Positions 26,957-40,713 of a DNA stretch of 64,000 nucleotides are shown piece by piece (within the stretch, counting starts at the first letter, position 1; every line of letters starts with the position of its first letter). A program made the translations under genes and the position numbers. The stretch lies in the NCBI GenBank assembly GCA_051362555.1, contig CM120646.1, positions 930,001 to 994,000 on the forward strand, in the 5' to 3' direction. The notes beneath the pieces are model-generated. The model searched no databases, was not told where the DNA came from, and saw only the letters and a list, made by a program, of their open reading frames with translations. Source of the stretch: Lingula anatina (Eukaryota > Animalia > Brachiopoda).

Positions 26957-29555
26957 GTTTGAGCAAGTTCTGGTTCAATCTGTAACATATCATAGAATAA
27001 GAAGTTATTATTACAATTATTACTCTAATTATATAGCAGTTTTTCTTGGTCTCTCCTTATTATCCAAAACATTCTGTTTAAAACCTACTCTAAAAATTGA
27101 AATAATAATCAATTCACTACAATCATGTAGTTTTTTTTCATATTACTGGTCTTTGTGTCAAAATCTAAATTGATGAACAAACAAATCAAGATTAATATTA
27201 ATGGTTAAACAAATAGCTCAGACATTAATGGAATCTCATTCATATAAAATGAACCTGCACAGCATAAACACTAATAAGGTATTAATGCATACAAATTTAT
27301 TCCATTTGACTAAAAAACATACAGGTATAACATACATGGAAAACAGACCTGACTTCCTAACATTCTTTTATACAAACCCAAACAGTTACTGTTGTCATCA
27401 GTCTGCTGTTCAACACACCAAGCTCACCTATTAACTCCTCATCACTTGCTAATGTGTCAGTGCATGCATAGTTCTACTTATATATATGTCAGGTCAGAGG
27501 TCAAATAATAGAATACGTCAAAGCTGTCTGGAAGGTTTTGTTTACTCACATTTACTATCAAAATGTTGAAGCCTAAAGCAACTGCACAATGCAATTTCAG
27601 ACATGTTAGTATATAAAGGCAACGTGTATATTTCAAAGTCCATCATCAAAACTGCTGTAGCAGTCATGTGCCCCTCAAAAAACAAAAAAAAAAAAGTTTT
27701 AACAGTGGCATTAAAATATTCAGTCACAGGGTGACAGTTTTATATCTATCCAGTTACACGCAATTTTCAGTTGCTATTCATTCCATGCCAAGTCCAATAC
27801 AGAGAAATAAGCTAGATGTGTTTTTCTGCCTATGACGAACTGACCTATCTCTGTAAGAAGACCCTGTTATATAAAAATAGCCAGGATGTTGAGATGGCAA
27901 TCTCTAAAAGTGTATCAATCCAGTTTAAAGTATCCCTCTAAGTTAAAAAGCCTTGCTGAGTGGTTTGGACCCTCAACACAGGACCTAAACACTGTGTGTA
28001 ATCAACAAATTCATCTTGGCTTCTTTACATTCACCTGCTTCATATCTATATATACCAATATAAACAGACACTTTGCTTGTGTTAGATATATTAAATTTGT
28101 GCCAAAAGCTGGCCATATTTTGCTTCCTCCTGCTTTAGAGAAAATTAATATTTTTTAACTGATATTTTTTTAATCGATAGGTGAAATGTTTGTTTTATTA
28201 ATCAAAACAAAAAATCAAGACAAAAATGGTGCAGCCATAATGTTAAACTGATGTAATAAAATATAAAAATCATCTCTGGATGTACTAGATTTAATGCCTC
28301 ATCACCTGAACAAATCATCTACCTCTGACATTTTAACAATTCACAAGTATTACCTGCAGATAGTCCTGCTGTGGAACTTCCTAATATTCTCAGAAATACA
28401 CATATTAAATGTTCCTACATGTACAATAAAACACAAATCAAAGAAATCAGCACTCGTTTCACAAAAAAAAATATATTTCACTGACCTTTGCCTGTAGAAG
28501 CGTCTAATGCTAAACGCCCAGGTTTTGTGGAGATGAGTATTTGCTTTTCATTATTCTGGACATAAACATCACAAACTACCCCGCTAACCAAGCACATCGC
28601 ACTGATGAAGTTCTACACACACTGTTTGCTCTACACGCTTGTTCCTGATTCATGAAGTGGCACTAGTATCCAATGAATTATATATGAAGCCATAATGATA
28701 GCTTTAATACCTCAGGTCAATATGAGATAGGGAAACCTAACCCCTGTTTTGTCCACCAAGAGGGTACCAGTCCATCCAACTCCGCCTGGACAATTGTGTC
28801 CAGATCAATTAAGTGGCTAATTATGGGAGTAACGAGGTGATAAATGAACCGCTGCATCATTGATGAGTATGTGGGGAAACAGGTGGATGGATAAAATACG
28901 GTAATGACTAATGAAGTTTAAACACTTAATTTTCACCAGTATTTCTCTCAAAAGGACTGCCACATAGTATTTTACTTCTCTGTGGCATTTTTCTGTCTGT
29001 AAGACTTTCTGAAAATTCTCCTACCAATGAATTTAATAATTAAAACTTTTACAGGGTTAGAAAGTGGTGCACCATTCATTTTTCTTTTTTTTTCATGGTT
29101 TATGAAAGTACAAACAAGTTTTCTTGAGGGGAAAAAGATTTTTCAGAGAGGAGGAAACACAGTGGAATGGGCCATTATGTTCTCTCTACAGACCCTTTAA
29201 GACCTCTAATTAGGTTACTAGTAACTTGTTGGACTGCTCTAAGGAACCTCACTGAAGCTCTGCCAGTGAAATCCCTGGTTAATGAGTCTGGATATATATA
29301 TGTACTAGTACTGAGGCACACACAGGATGCATATCTCCAGATCACTTCTAAAAACTTCTTTTTGGAACCATTATCAGTTACTCTCTGACCACAGCCTGGG
29401 TATGCTGGTAGTCTGTTACAACATTTACTGTTTCGCACCCTGTGAGATTTCATGTAATCAACGGGGAAAGCAATCCTGGCCAGATATATGTTTTGTATTC
29501 GTCAGTGGGGGGTGACTTCACGCGTAGATGTTGAGTAGCATACATTTCTGTCTAT

Positions 29556-29724
29556 GACCGCATTCAGAACAGTGGATTAACTGGTCCAAGGTCAAACACA
29601 TGGGCCCACTACAAAGCTTGCTGTCTAATCCGCTAATAGACACTGAACAGATATCCCGTGGGGAAGTATTCAAGTTGGTCGGCCATATTTGACCCTCGGA
29701 TAGTCCTTTATTCCAAATGCGTCC
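29556..29724. mobile_element. MITE family B copy
   Basis: gaccgcattcagaacagtgga start, degenerate right TIR, TAT on both flanks. Confidence 0.65.
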
Positions 29725-29863
29725 TATGCTACATACTGCATGTTAAGCAAGGCCTATAAGTCTTACTCCAGGTGCCTAGCTGAGTGATTACATTCAACCT
29801 CACAATTCTCCTCCTCTGCTGCTGAGCCAGCATTCTAAGGGGTGGATAGGGGCGGGGCAGTTA

Positions 29864-31654
29864 CAGAGCATCAGAGCATCAGAAGTTTATTGACTATCGC
29901 CCTACATCCGGGCATGATCAAATACAAATACAAGAAGTAATCCGCAGAGTGATTACCATATACAGTTTGATATACATTATATAATGTCTAGACTAAAGCA
30001 GGGAAAGTACATGTACTACTCAATAAAGATCAATATAGGGATAATTAAAAAAAAAAAAAAAAACTGATTCAACTAGAATAGGCTACACTAAACCTTATAT
30101 TAAACTAACTATTATTTAGGGGGATATGAAAACTGCATCATCAGTTAATCTAGGTTTTATTCAGCATGGATGCAATTTTCATATCCCTAGCTTTAAAACA
30201 ATCATAAAGAAAATTAGTTGTGCATTTTGCAATATCAAAATCATTACATTGCAGTACAGTAATAAAAAGGTCACTGATGGACTCAGGGGCTGCACTGCCC
30301 AGTATATCTTTAACCTGGTTAAGGAATATGGCTCTTAGTGGAGCATAAGAGGGGCATATCATCATAAAATGGAACTCATCTTCAACTGACCCCATGTTGC
30401 ACACCGTGCATAGCCTTTTCTCTATGGGTATTTTAGGATTCATGTGTCTCCCCTTTTCAATTGCCAAATTGTGGGCACTTATCCTGAATTTGCAAAGGAA
30501 TGTAGATTTGGGTTTGTGGATTAACTGTGTGTATATTTCTCTTTTAAAATCTTTTTTGAAGGTACTGTAGGTACGTAATTTTTTGCCCTCCGTGTTCAGG
30601 GATGCTAGGTGAGATTTAAAGGCCGAACTATAAGAGATTTGGATAAGCGGTTTTATTATGGAAGAGAGTGCGGTCATGGATATTTTAAAAGGGTCCTCCC
30701 AAATGTCAGGGCGTCCAATGAGCGCCAGTGTATTTTTAATGCCGGTTGACCAGGTTGAGGTGTTAAGTCTGTTTAAATTTTCATTTTCATGAAGTGCATG
30801 AGTAACTAAGGAGGTGGTGTCATGGTGCTTTTTATATTGGAGGCTGTGCCAGTATTTGAGGGCCAGTGTGTGGGCAGTGGTCAGTATTGGGAAGCTGCCC
30901 AGTTCTCCGCGGACAGCATGTGAGGGAGATTTTCGGTTAACGCCTAGGATAGTTTTGCAGGCCTTGAGATGTAAGGTTTCAATGGAAAGTTTGTCACAAA
31001 TTAGGAAGTAGCTGTCTTTACTTGAGTTTTTGACAAAGTATGGTGCCCAAACTTCAGAGCCATAGGTAAGAATGGGAGCTATGAGTGAGTCAAAAAGTTT
31101 CATGGAAATGGGCACTGGGCTGGTGAATAATTTATTGCGGATTTTGAAAAATGCTTTCCCCCCTTTTGATTTGAGTATTTCAAGGGATTTGGTGAAACTT
31201 CCGGATGGAGTAAAGACAAGTCCTAAATAGCAGTATTCACTACAGATTTCTAGAGGTATATCGCCAAACTTGAAAATTTGTTTCTGGATTTTGTGGCCAG
31301 ATTTATTGAATATCATGACTTTTGTTTTAGTGATGTTCACTAGTAGCTTCCATTTTTTGCAGTAGGCCTGAAGTTGATTTATTGCGGTTTGTAAACCTGC
31401 ACTGCTTTCCGACATAATTACTAGATCGTCTGCATATAATAGGCAATTTAATTTTTGATTATTCAGAGACACTGGGTCACATCTGTCGTTAAAAATTGAG
31501 GGCAGGTCACTTATGAAGAGATTAAAGAGGAGTGGACTGAGATTACAGCCTTGCTTAACACCAACAGAGGACGAGAGACTATTTGTTATGCTATTTCTGC
31601 ATTTGACGGCAAAACGCACAGATGAGTACATATTACGAAGGGTTCTTAGAAAGA
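29864..31654 (-). mobile_element. 5'-truncated non-LTR retrotransposon (RTE-X-like LINE)
   Basis: ORF 31631-30150 has RT motifs GVKQGCNLSPLLF, LLYADD and YLG, plus C-terminal FRISAHNLAIEKGR...CTVC...EDEFHF...C (CCHC). The 3' UTR ends in AATAAA (29891-29886) followed by a (TCTGATGC)n tail. Confidence 0.9.
30150..31631 (-). CDS. Reverse transcriptase C-terminal half plus CCHC zinc knuckle (LINE ORF2 fragment)
   Basis: 493-aa uninterrupted ORF with the YADD catalytic motif; endonuclease and N-terminal RT are missing. Confidence 0.88.
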   Translation of the reverse strand: MYSSVRFAVKCRNSITNSLSSSVGVKQGCNLSPLLFNLFISDLPSIFNDRCDPVSLNNQKLNCLLYADDLVIMSESSAGLQTAINQLQAYCKKWKLLVNITKTKVMIFNKSGHKIQKQIFKFGDIPLEICSEYCYLGLVFTPSGSFTKSLEILKSKGGKAFFKIRNKLFTSPVPISMKLFDSLIAPILTYGSEVWAPYFVKNSSKDSYFLICDKLSIETLHLKACKTILGVNRKSPSHAVRGELGSFPILTTAHTLALKYWHSLQYKKHHDTTSLVTHALHENENLNRLNTSTWSTGIKNTLALIGRPDIWEDPFKISMTALSSIIKPLIQISYSSAFKSHLASLNTEGKKLRTYSTFKKDFKREIYTQLIHKPKSTFLCKFRISAHNLAIEKGRHMNPKIPIEKRLCTVCNMGSVEDEFHFMMICPSYAPLRAIFLNQVKDILGSAAPESISDLFITVLQCNDFDIAKCTTNFLYDCFKARDMKIASMLNKT

Positions 31655-32221
31655 CTAGACATCTGAATTAGGTTTTTCCCCACAGGGAACTATACTAGTA
31701 CTAGTACTTAGATTCTGTATGCCATTTTGGAAGCCCTTAATGTAAGAGAGTAAACATCAGTTTGGTCTTTACAGTGAAAATATTTAACCTACGTCATCTC
31801 ACTTTCTGCTAATTATCTAGCACCTATAAAAATATCACACACATCACTTCAATATTTAACTATTCTTTCTTCCTACATTGTCCTATCTGTTTGCTATTTG
31901 TTTCATTTTAACAGTGTGTATCTCGCACCCCCTCCCATCTCTTTCCAGTTACAAGACCTCCAAAAATATTATGCAACAACTTGATAACACCATCAGGATG
32001 TTAAGTGCGTGTACACATGCATTTTTGGAGATCCTCACTCAGGTCTCGGCATCTCAGCACTGCGCAGCATCCAGGTGATCTATTATATATAAATACAGCA
32101 CTAAAAGGCTGTTAAATACCAGCAGTCTGTGTATTAAGACATGATGTATTGATTGAAAACAGTGGTTGGTGTGATTAGCTTTGAGATAGCACTCATAAGT
32201 TGCACATGTGAGATATTTCAC

Positions 32222-32331
<110 letters not shown>

Positions 32332-33008
32332 CTTAAAAAGACTGTCACTAAGTGCACTTATGTATTAATACTGAGAAATGGATCTTCCCTAGACATGTTT
32401 TTTCCTCCTCTGTCTAGTCATTCCAATGAATTACACCGGCCTTTGTTTTCTTGGAACACTGTGTATATTACATGACAATTGAAGTGAGTAAAAATTCAAT
32501 ACAAGTAACAAGGCATGGGAATAGACTGATGATAGCGAATCATTATCACTGGCTTGGGACTTATTAATTTATCCACTACTGGTGAACTGGCCAAGACTCC
32601 ATGGGCCAATTTCACAAGGATGGAAACACTTGTGTAGGTTGCCAATAAAATGATTCTCGAAATGCAGGAATCTTTTGTTTGCCAAGATATCAAAAATAGA
32701 AACCCACCTGAAAACTCGAGAGGAATCGATAATCAAAAATGTGTGAATGTCTGTTGTATTTGTAGAGACAGCAGCCACGGAGGACTTACAGCTTACGGTA
32801 TAAAAATTCAATAAGTATCAAATGATGTGTGCTTTAACCACACTTTTTGCATAGGTTTCAGTTCCATTGATCAATAAATGACAAAAAACTACCCTCCTAT
32901 AATCAATTCAATGGGCTATACTGCTGGTTTTTTTTTTACTAGAAAATGAGTTTGAAAATACTTTTTTCCGCTTGCAATCTATAGTCTACCTGTGCAACCA
33001 ATATCATA

Positions 33009-33254
33009 GGGAACATTCCTACAGAAATTCAGATCGATCTATCTCCGTGGGGTGACTCATTAAATTGCTATTAACTTGACCAGCTTAAATGTCTGTCACG
33101 TCTAGTAAAGCTGTTAAGGGATAATAATCTTTACCCTAGCAGTTTCAGTAGGCGTGACAGACATTTAAGACAGTTAAGTTGATAGCAATTTAGTGAGACT
33201 CCCCATGGAGATAGATCGATACAGATGGATCGATCTAGGCATGGGAAACCAGTC
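33009..33254. mobile_element. MITE family C copy
   Basis: agatcgatctatctcc/ggagatagatcgat inverted repeats; ATA TSD; homologous to 57379-57627. Confidence 0.75.
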
Positions 33255-34525
33255 ATAAACTTTGGGTTTTACATGATTTTTAAATTCATCAGCAAGGTTT
33301 CAAATAAACGTGACTCGGTAAAAGCATCCCAAAACAAACATTTGCACTACATGCTGTGGGTTGTAAGATGACAACCAAAACACATTTAAAATATAAACAT
33401 AGAAACATTTAAACATTAAAAAACGTAAATCACATTTTGCAGGCCACATTTTCCACACTGACCAACAACATTTACCTAACTACCAATGACTATTTACTTT
33501 TTTAATTTTTAACACTACACTTGTAGCAGATTCAGGGATGCAAGGGAGGGAGATTTGTTTATTCAGTCTCCAAAATTACCCTCTCTGGTTCCATATTAAG
33601 TTTATTAAAATTACAGTTAGGCATTTTTTTTAAAAGAAGCATAACGGCTACAGTCAATGAGTTTACCCCACGTATATCAACAAGTGAATCGATTCAAATG
33701 TCAGCATGTCTCTCTTTGTCTACACTTCCATATCAACAACTGGTAAAATTCTATTTAGCTACAGTTTGAATTCCTTTTGTTGGTGTTCTTTAAAACCAAA
33801 CTTGCACCGTGTTTTAAACCTATTATTTCGTCACACAGTCCCGACAACGACATCCGGCCGGACATCGCGTAAAACTTGTAACTTTTTTGTTTCAAATCTG
33901 AGTTTTATCACGGCTTTTCCTTTGTTCAGACACAAATGACCAATATCTAACATGATTACAATTGATCACATTTTCATATAATTTAAGAATACCACGAAGT
34001 TCTCACCTTTTAGGCACTTTGGAAACTTCAGAACAGAGATCTCTGAGATATTTGTATTGTCTTCGACTACTGTCCCATTTCGATGTCGAGTCAAGTCACT
34101 TCTTCAACGTTTGGAGGTCGAAAAAAATCGTCATTGAGATAATACGCCATCTATTGAGAGAAAATAAAACCACAGAGCGGAGGCGTGTACAGGGAAATTT
34201 CAATTGACTCTTCTTCGTGCTTTCGCTGAAAAGAATGTTTAATCTTTGATTTAACACTGAATCCAAACTCGGTTTGCACCTTGATGGGATGACTAATTTA
34301 AAAACCACGCAATAGGTCAACCTCAACGCGACATATATGCCTACATGTAGCTCACAAATAAATAAATAAATAAATAAATAAATAAAATTTTAAAAGATAA
34401 TGAAAGGAAAAGTTTTTTCATTACGATTTAGTTGAATTGCTATATATGTTAAGCGTTTCTTTATACAGATTTTGGAGAGAAAATGTGACGATCGTCTTAT
34501 CCAACAAAGAAGAAGTTTCTAGCTA

Positions 34526-34769
34526 GGGGAGACCGGGGCTATAGTTGGACTCCGGGGTAAGTTGGACCCCCTTAAATTAAGTCTCTTCAAAAAAGTTACT
34601 TTAAGATGCTAAATTATTTCAATTGGAGTCATTGCCGACGGTTTCTTAGCACTATTGGATACGGTAACTTTACAAAATGATGTGATCAATTATTTTACCC
34701 CATGGTTACTTTGTCATAAATTGATGGAGGGCCAACTTACCCTGGGGTCCATCTAGCCCCGGTCTCCCC
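34526..34769. mobile_element. Tc1/mariner-type MITE
   Basis: TIR ggggagaccggggcta..., preceded by TA; bipartite inverted repeats (ggggtaagttgg/ccaacttaccc). Confidence 0.7.
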
Positions 34770-37111
34770 AACACCCTGCCCTCGTTATTTCACTCACACG
34801 TTAGATTTATGAAATGATTACCCAACATACACTCGAGACAAAACTCTAAATGGTTTTGCCATATGCCAAAGGATATTGTGACAAAACATTTGTTATAAAT
34901 CATCTGAAACGGTTATAAGGCCTACGGTGACAAGTTTGTACGAAAAGGAATCGTAAGATAACATGCGAACCATATGTCAATTTTGGGTGAAAATGCTGAC
35001 CAAACGAAATAACAAATGTTTGAGGATATGACTTTTCCTTTACATCAATAATTTCAGAATATATCCCGATTGCGACGATTTTCTTTTGTTCAGTGTACTA
35101 GACCTTGTCTCAGACGAGAGAATTTAAGCACTGGTTAGCGTAAAGGGGTGCATTCACCATGAAATTATCCCGCTAGATGGTTCGAACTCACACCGCGTGG
35201 ACTCCAACTGACTGCAATCAGAAAATCAGGGTAAAATACAGAAAAGCTGATGGTTTTAACTAAATTAATCGAATACGTTGAAAACGAGAGAGAGAGAGAG
35301 AGACAGTCGATAAGTTCGAATCACTTAGTAGGACAGTTTCATTGTGATCGCAACCCTGGGCAACAATCTCTGAAATTAAGAGTGGTATTCGAAGAAGGAA
35401 AAAAGCTGGGGCATCAATGGTCATCTTCCTCTTTTGCTGAACACACATTTTGTTTGCATTGGCTGTTGGAGATTATAATTTATAATAAATCAATGATAAA
35501 CACGTTGAATATACGGTCAATATCTGCCAGGAAGTACTTTTATTTTTGCACTGTTCCTTGTGTACAAAGATAAAACTCTTTAGTGTTCTTTCATGAATTT
35601 CCCAATATCTAAAAGAGAAAGAAGGGGGGGGTCAAGCTTTTAGTCTTTTTTCTTTCTTATGTAGGCTATTAATGTTTTATCAGAGTTGTCCATTCTAGGT
35701 ATTATCTATCAGAGTCGTGGAACGTTGATCGAGAAGTATTTTTTTACTGCTGTTAACTCCCAACTATCCTTTACCAGGACCTGCAGACTGAGTTTCACTA
35801 GATATTAATATATCCAGGCTCACTCTATACACTTTTCTCTACTGTGTCCATATATGATGTCATCTCTCAGCTCACTTTTGGTGTAGAGCAACCCCCACCC
35901 CCCACCCCACCCCCACCCCACTCTTCGATCCGAGAACGAATGGTATTAGTATTACAGGGGTATATATCTTGTATGTGGGCATATCTCTGTTATTAGACGT
36001 GTAAATTTGTTTTAAAGTAGGCCTATAGACTTTCATATCTACTCAAGAGACCCTCACAGATTACAGACTCCTTTCCTTTTTCTACAACTAGAGCTACTTC
36101 TTCCGTCGATTGTTTTCCTGCTTCCAGCGTTAGTCAGATGAAGGCTTGCTGCAAGAAAAAAAAAACAGGTTTCTGAGCTAAACATTATTTATTTATTTCA
36201 TTCTATAAAAAACTGTGTACGCCTCATCAGCTATCTTCACTTTCCAATGTGTTTGTTTTTTTAGATATATTTTTAACTTTATCTTCTTTCTATATGTGTT
36301 TATTATTAATTAATTAGTTTATTTATTCATTCATTTATTTATTTATTGAAAAAGGATATGTAGAAAAGCAAAGTTTCTCACATGATTTTTTCTACCACCG
36401 CCACTATTTAAAGGTGCATTTCAAGAATTATTTTAAATCGACCAATAACGTTTATATTGATTGGTGTTTTGTCAGGGTCTCTATCATGAACTGATTAGTC
36501 CACACCCTGTTTGATCTTTGCGGTATCTGTATTATGTCAACTAGAGTGGTAGGCCTACGTATCACGGTATCACGCTCAAATATGGAGAAAAAAAACTACC
36601 CCTAACCAGGGCTACACATTGAATAGTCACCAAATATTCAAATATAAATCACTGGCAAACTTTGTACCTTTTCTCTTCTGTAAGCCAAAAAAATTCAATT
36701 TAATTACGTCCAAGTTTCATACAATTTCATTAATATGCGGTGGTGTTAAATCCAATAAATAACGAAAGAGGGTGAATAAAGACAGCAAAGATCGGGACAG
36801 GCCCAAGCGAATACCACGGCGCATGCGCATTCCTAGCACTCTTAGTATGTTTACCTGAACGACAGGTATCATGATGGAGATTTCAAAACCGCATCGACGT
36901 CATCAGAAGGCTATTTTTAGACGATGGGGAATGCCTTAAGTGGAACCGTATTTATGTTGCACAACGCATGCTTAATAGCAAAACAGAAACCAAGCGGGGT
37001 GGTTGAAACATCACAGAGAGTACTTGTAACTACTCCGGCACAAGCAGTTCATAGAATAAGATATTTTACCGGTCACAGAACACGATATTAAGTGACCTAC
37101 TGTAGAAGTCC

Positions 37112-37200
37112 ATGCCAAGTTTTGGTGCAAGATATGTTCTTCCAACAATAGCGCTACAACAGGTAAATACTAAATAGTCTCTCTCTCTTTCTCCGCTCTC

Positions 37201-37239
<39 letters not shown>

Positions 37240-38185
37240 GCTTGCATCTTGAATGTTCAGCGTTAGCTACTGTATAGAAAGGTGTCACGTTTTTAGTGTA
37301 CCAGCAGATCGTACATTAGTTTATCACGGCAGCAAAGTCCACACCCTCGATACAAATCTATTAATAGACCAAAAGTGCTGGAAAACCTATCAACCACGTG
37401 TCGTGTTAATAACAAAAATGAAGCTTTTTTTTAGAAGTACACAACTCGATACCATACTTTTTTCTGTGCTATGCATTACTTTTTTGTATGGAAATAAATA
37501 AAAATAGTGAGGGTTTTTTTCTATTACGCCCCTTGAGTGTGCTATATATGGGAGTAGGTATGCAGTGGGAGTAAACAGATTTCGCAATAGCTCAAGATAT
37601 ACAATAACAATAAAAGTTTTGCAGAATTAATGTGGCAATATTTTGTTGATTATTCAGGGTATATCGGGCTCCAGCAATATGTCCAGCAGAAGAGGCAGAG
37701 CAACTGGGAGACAAAATAGCCTTCCCACCTACCAACAGGCCTGCGCTCTGTTGAGAATCTCAAAGAAAAATGTTCCTGGAAGTGAGGAAGAAAATATCGA
37801 ACAAGATCTTTATCGGCAGATGAGTCATCTCCCCCGCCAGCAGCCGACAGCGCCATGTTTTACAGAGGACGAAGGCTGCACATCAGTGTCGTCTGCTGAA
37901 AGATGTTTGGAGCCATTGTCGTCTGCGAACCACATCCCTGGAAAGAAGCACAGACGAGTTAGATTTTTGAGAGCCCGCAGTCGAGACTTTACGGCTTCCA
38001 CGTCCTCGGAAAACCAACTTCTCTCAGAAGCATCCCCCGTTTTGCGTGACACGCCGAGCACAGGGCGCCCGCCGAAGAGAAAGGGACTTTTGAAAAGACT
38101 TCGCCCAAAGTATATTTTCAAAGTGTGTGGCGTTGTTTTTGGTGTTGTTCTTATTGGTGCTCTGTTGTTGGTATTCCTGGTATGA
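37112..38185 (+). CDS. Small tail-anchored membrane protein with LPxY, PTAP and RVxF motifs (paralog 1)
   Basis: Candidate exon 37112-37162 (MPSFGARYVLPTIALQQ|gtaaat) splices in frame to 37658-38185; an alternative start is ATG 37679. Disordered body, basic KRKGLLKRLRPK segment, C-terminal 20-aa hydrophobic helix, then stop. AATAAA at 38578 is followed by a GT-rich element. Confidence 0.7.
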
Positions 38186-38993
38186 CTATATGGACGGCGA
38201 TGGCGGACCTTCAGAAATTATATCGAAAAAGACTTTATCAGTTACATTTCAGAACAAATATATCTATTACTATTTAATTTTTCATTTGTAAGAGGAGTTA
38301 CGTAGTAATCATAGTTCAATATATATTAGGATTTTTCTTATTTTATCTTTATTTAAAAAGTTTTTTGGATATTTATAATGAGTGCCATTATTGTGCGAGA
38401 GAACAGCTGCTGGAACCATTTCACGAAGATCGAGTTTTTTATTCAAATTTTATTGAACAAGGAGTTTTCTTAAGCCAAAATGTTATGCGACAGTTTATTG
38501 TTTAAAGCAAGAAATGGTGCACTTGTTATCTGGTCAATCATATGCATAGCATTTATGTATTTGTTTTTACCTCTGTTAATAAACATATTTACTGTTTGTC
38601 CATTGTCCATCTTTCTGTAAGTTTTTAATGAAAGAATCTATTTAAATCATGGCAGTTATTTTCTACATCTCGAGACCACCCCAGGGGGGGGGGGGGGGGC
38701 GTAATGAAACGTGATCACAATGAAAGAAATAGAAAAATACCTAGAAAACGTTTTTTATTTTTTCATTTTTTAGATAAAGGACTTGAATCAATAAGAAGGA
38801 ATTGAAGAAAATATATGAAGAATGCATGCCAGGCGTACTTCGCACAAATAATTCACCCTGTGTACCTTTTACCCCTGCCTGACCTGAGGGGAATTCATTA
38901 AGTAGTTTTTCGGGGGAAAATCCTACACTTGCCACCTTAAATGCCAGTCGATCATTCATCTGTACAGTAAGCTTATCAAAGAAGACTGATTAA

Positions 38994-39218
38994 GACTGGG
39001 TTCCCATAGATTATCTATCCGGATCGACCTAACTCCTTGGGGGTTCACGCTAAATTATTGTCAGTTTCCGAGAGCCGAGCGCGCACAAAAGTTAATTACC
39101 CCCTTACAGCTTTTAGTAGGCGGGACAGACATTTAAACCTGTCAGGCTGACAACAATCTATAGCTAGTGAGACTCCCCAAGGGGATAGATCGATCTAAAA
39201 ATCTATGGGAATGCAGTC
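38994..39218. mobile_element. MITE family C copy abutting the stop codon of paralog 2
   Basis: gactgggttcccatag...ctatgggaatgcagtc with TAA TSD. A degenerate equivalent follows paralog 3 at ~43970-44116. Confidence 0.78.
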
Positions 39219-39628
39219 TAAGACGATCTCGATAATGACAACCATCCAGCCTGTCGCTCCGCCAGTCTTAACGGTCGGGAAATAAAACGCTTAAAATGAC
39301 TACGTTTTCGTTTTAAAGTAAAATTGTCAGGTGAGTCTACAAGATCACCAAAGTTCTCTGGAAATTCTGAGTCATTATTTCTGCTCCTCTCCCGGTCTTT
39401 TGGCGGCGATTTCTCGGAAGATTTTGGAAGGGGCGAAGGGCAGGCTCTTTCATATCGCAGATGATCTTGAAAATGACCAAAGTGTTTTAACCCGACATCG
39501 ACTTCATGATCCCTAGGCAGAGCTGACTGTAGCAGACGACAGTTAATACGCTGATCATAGCTTAGCGGCGGACTTTGTCTGCCTGAAATATTTGGGTGTG
39601 GCACGCTCATTTGGTTGACCACGGACAT
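39218..39628 (-). pseudogene. Degenerate inverted paralog (paralog 2) of the 43529 gene; motifs mutated and TM lost
   Basis: Same ttacag|AAA ATG start as the 43529 gene. Shares HPNISGR, NCRLL, GHFQD, RNNDSE and KRKR..FKR.ISRPLRL, but PPSY became PLSY and PSAP became QSAL, and indels after SRPLRL remove the TM. May still be expressed as a 136-aa soluble protein. Confidence 0.65.
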
Positions 39629-40660
39629 TTTCTGTAAAACGGAAAGATTTACATGACAAGTAAAAACGATGACAACCCACTTTCGTAGAACTGACACGTA
39701 AGTTGAGATGACGGGCGAAACGTAAAATGTTTTGTGGTGAAAAATGCCCATAATATACTTCATAGGCTATCTGATAAACTATTAACCTCCTTTTGTTGTA
39801 AGTTGTAAAATGGCCTCCACTGCAGTTCTCAAGTTTCATGGACAAGCACTATATAATGCCGGAATCCCGATACCTATCACTCAGGCACATGCATCCACGT
39901 GCACGTGCGCACGCGTTTATATACACCCACCCCCACCTCATCAACAACGAAAACAAACAACGATAATATTAAAGAGTTTTATCACTCTTTAGAAGGCTAT
40001 CTTTCTATTATTTGTTTTATCAAAGCTAACCTTTGATAAGTCAGTGGTGAAGTCCGCCAGTCGAATGCTGTTTTCTCCTCTTTCTAAAGCTGTATGTCAA
40101 CGATATGATCTTCTCGATATCACTTTGGTGATAAAGGCTCCGTTCACATGAAAAGTCTATTTTCTAAAAATCTATTTTCTATTCGCGGTATCTTGTGATC
40201 ACGGTCTGTGCCCTTAATACCCCGCGGCGTAATTACTGGCAGCGCGAGCCATGGCCAGTTACTTCCAAAGCTGTAATTAATTCTCGGCTGCGCTCGGAGT
40301 GATCACAAGCTGAGAAGACCCTGCTTATTGGAAAATTGCTGAAAATCAGGGGATTTTCTTTTCAGTTTGGAACATTTGGTAGTTTTTGTCTTTGAGAGAA
40401 AGAGAGTGACGGCGCTTTTGATGACAATTATAATTGTAAAGTTTTAATGAAAGAATACAATTATGACACAGGAAGCAGATTTTTTTGTAGCGATGACGAA
40501 AATAAAAACATAACAAGAAAACAAGTTTGAGTGTCGCACTTTGAATGAATTAAAAAGCATTGAGGAGACAGTAGAAGTATTCATATAAATTATGTGCGAA
40601 TAATCCCCCCTCTATGCCTTTAAGATTTTTTTCGTTTTTCAGCGTTTCTGGGCCGGACGA

Positions 40661-40713
<53 letters not shown>

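Noticed and set aside
35160-35220. B-box-like GAGTTCGAACC on the minus strand
   Set aside because: No A-box or cloverleaf; at most a decayed SINE head, not a tRNA.
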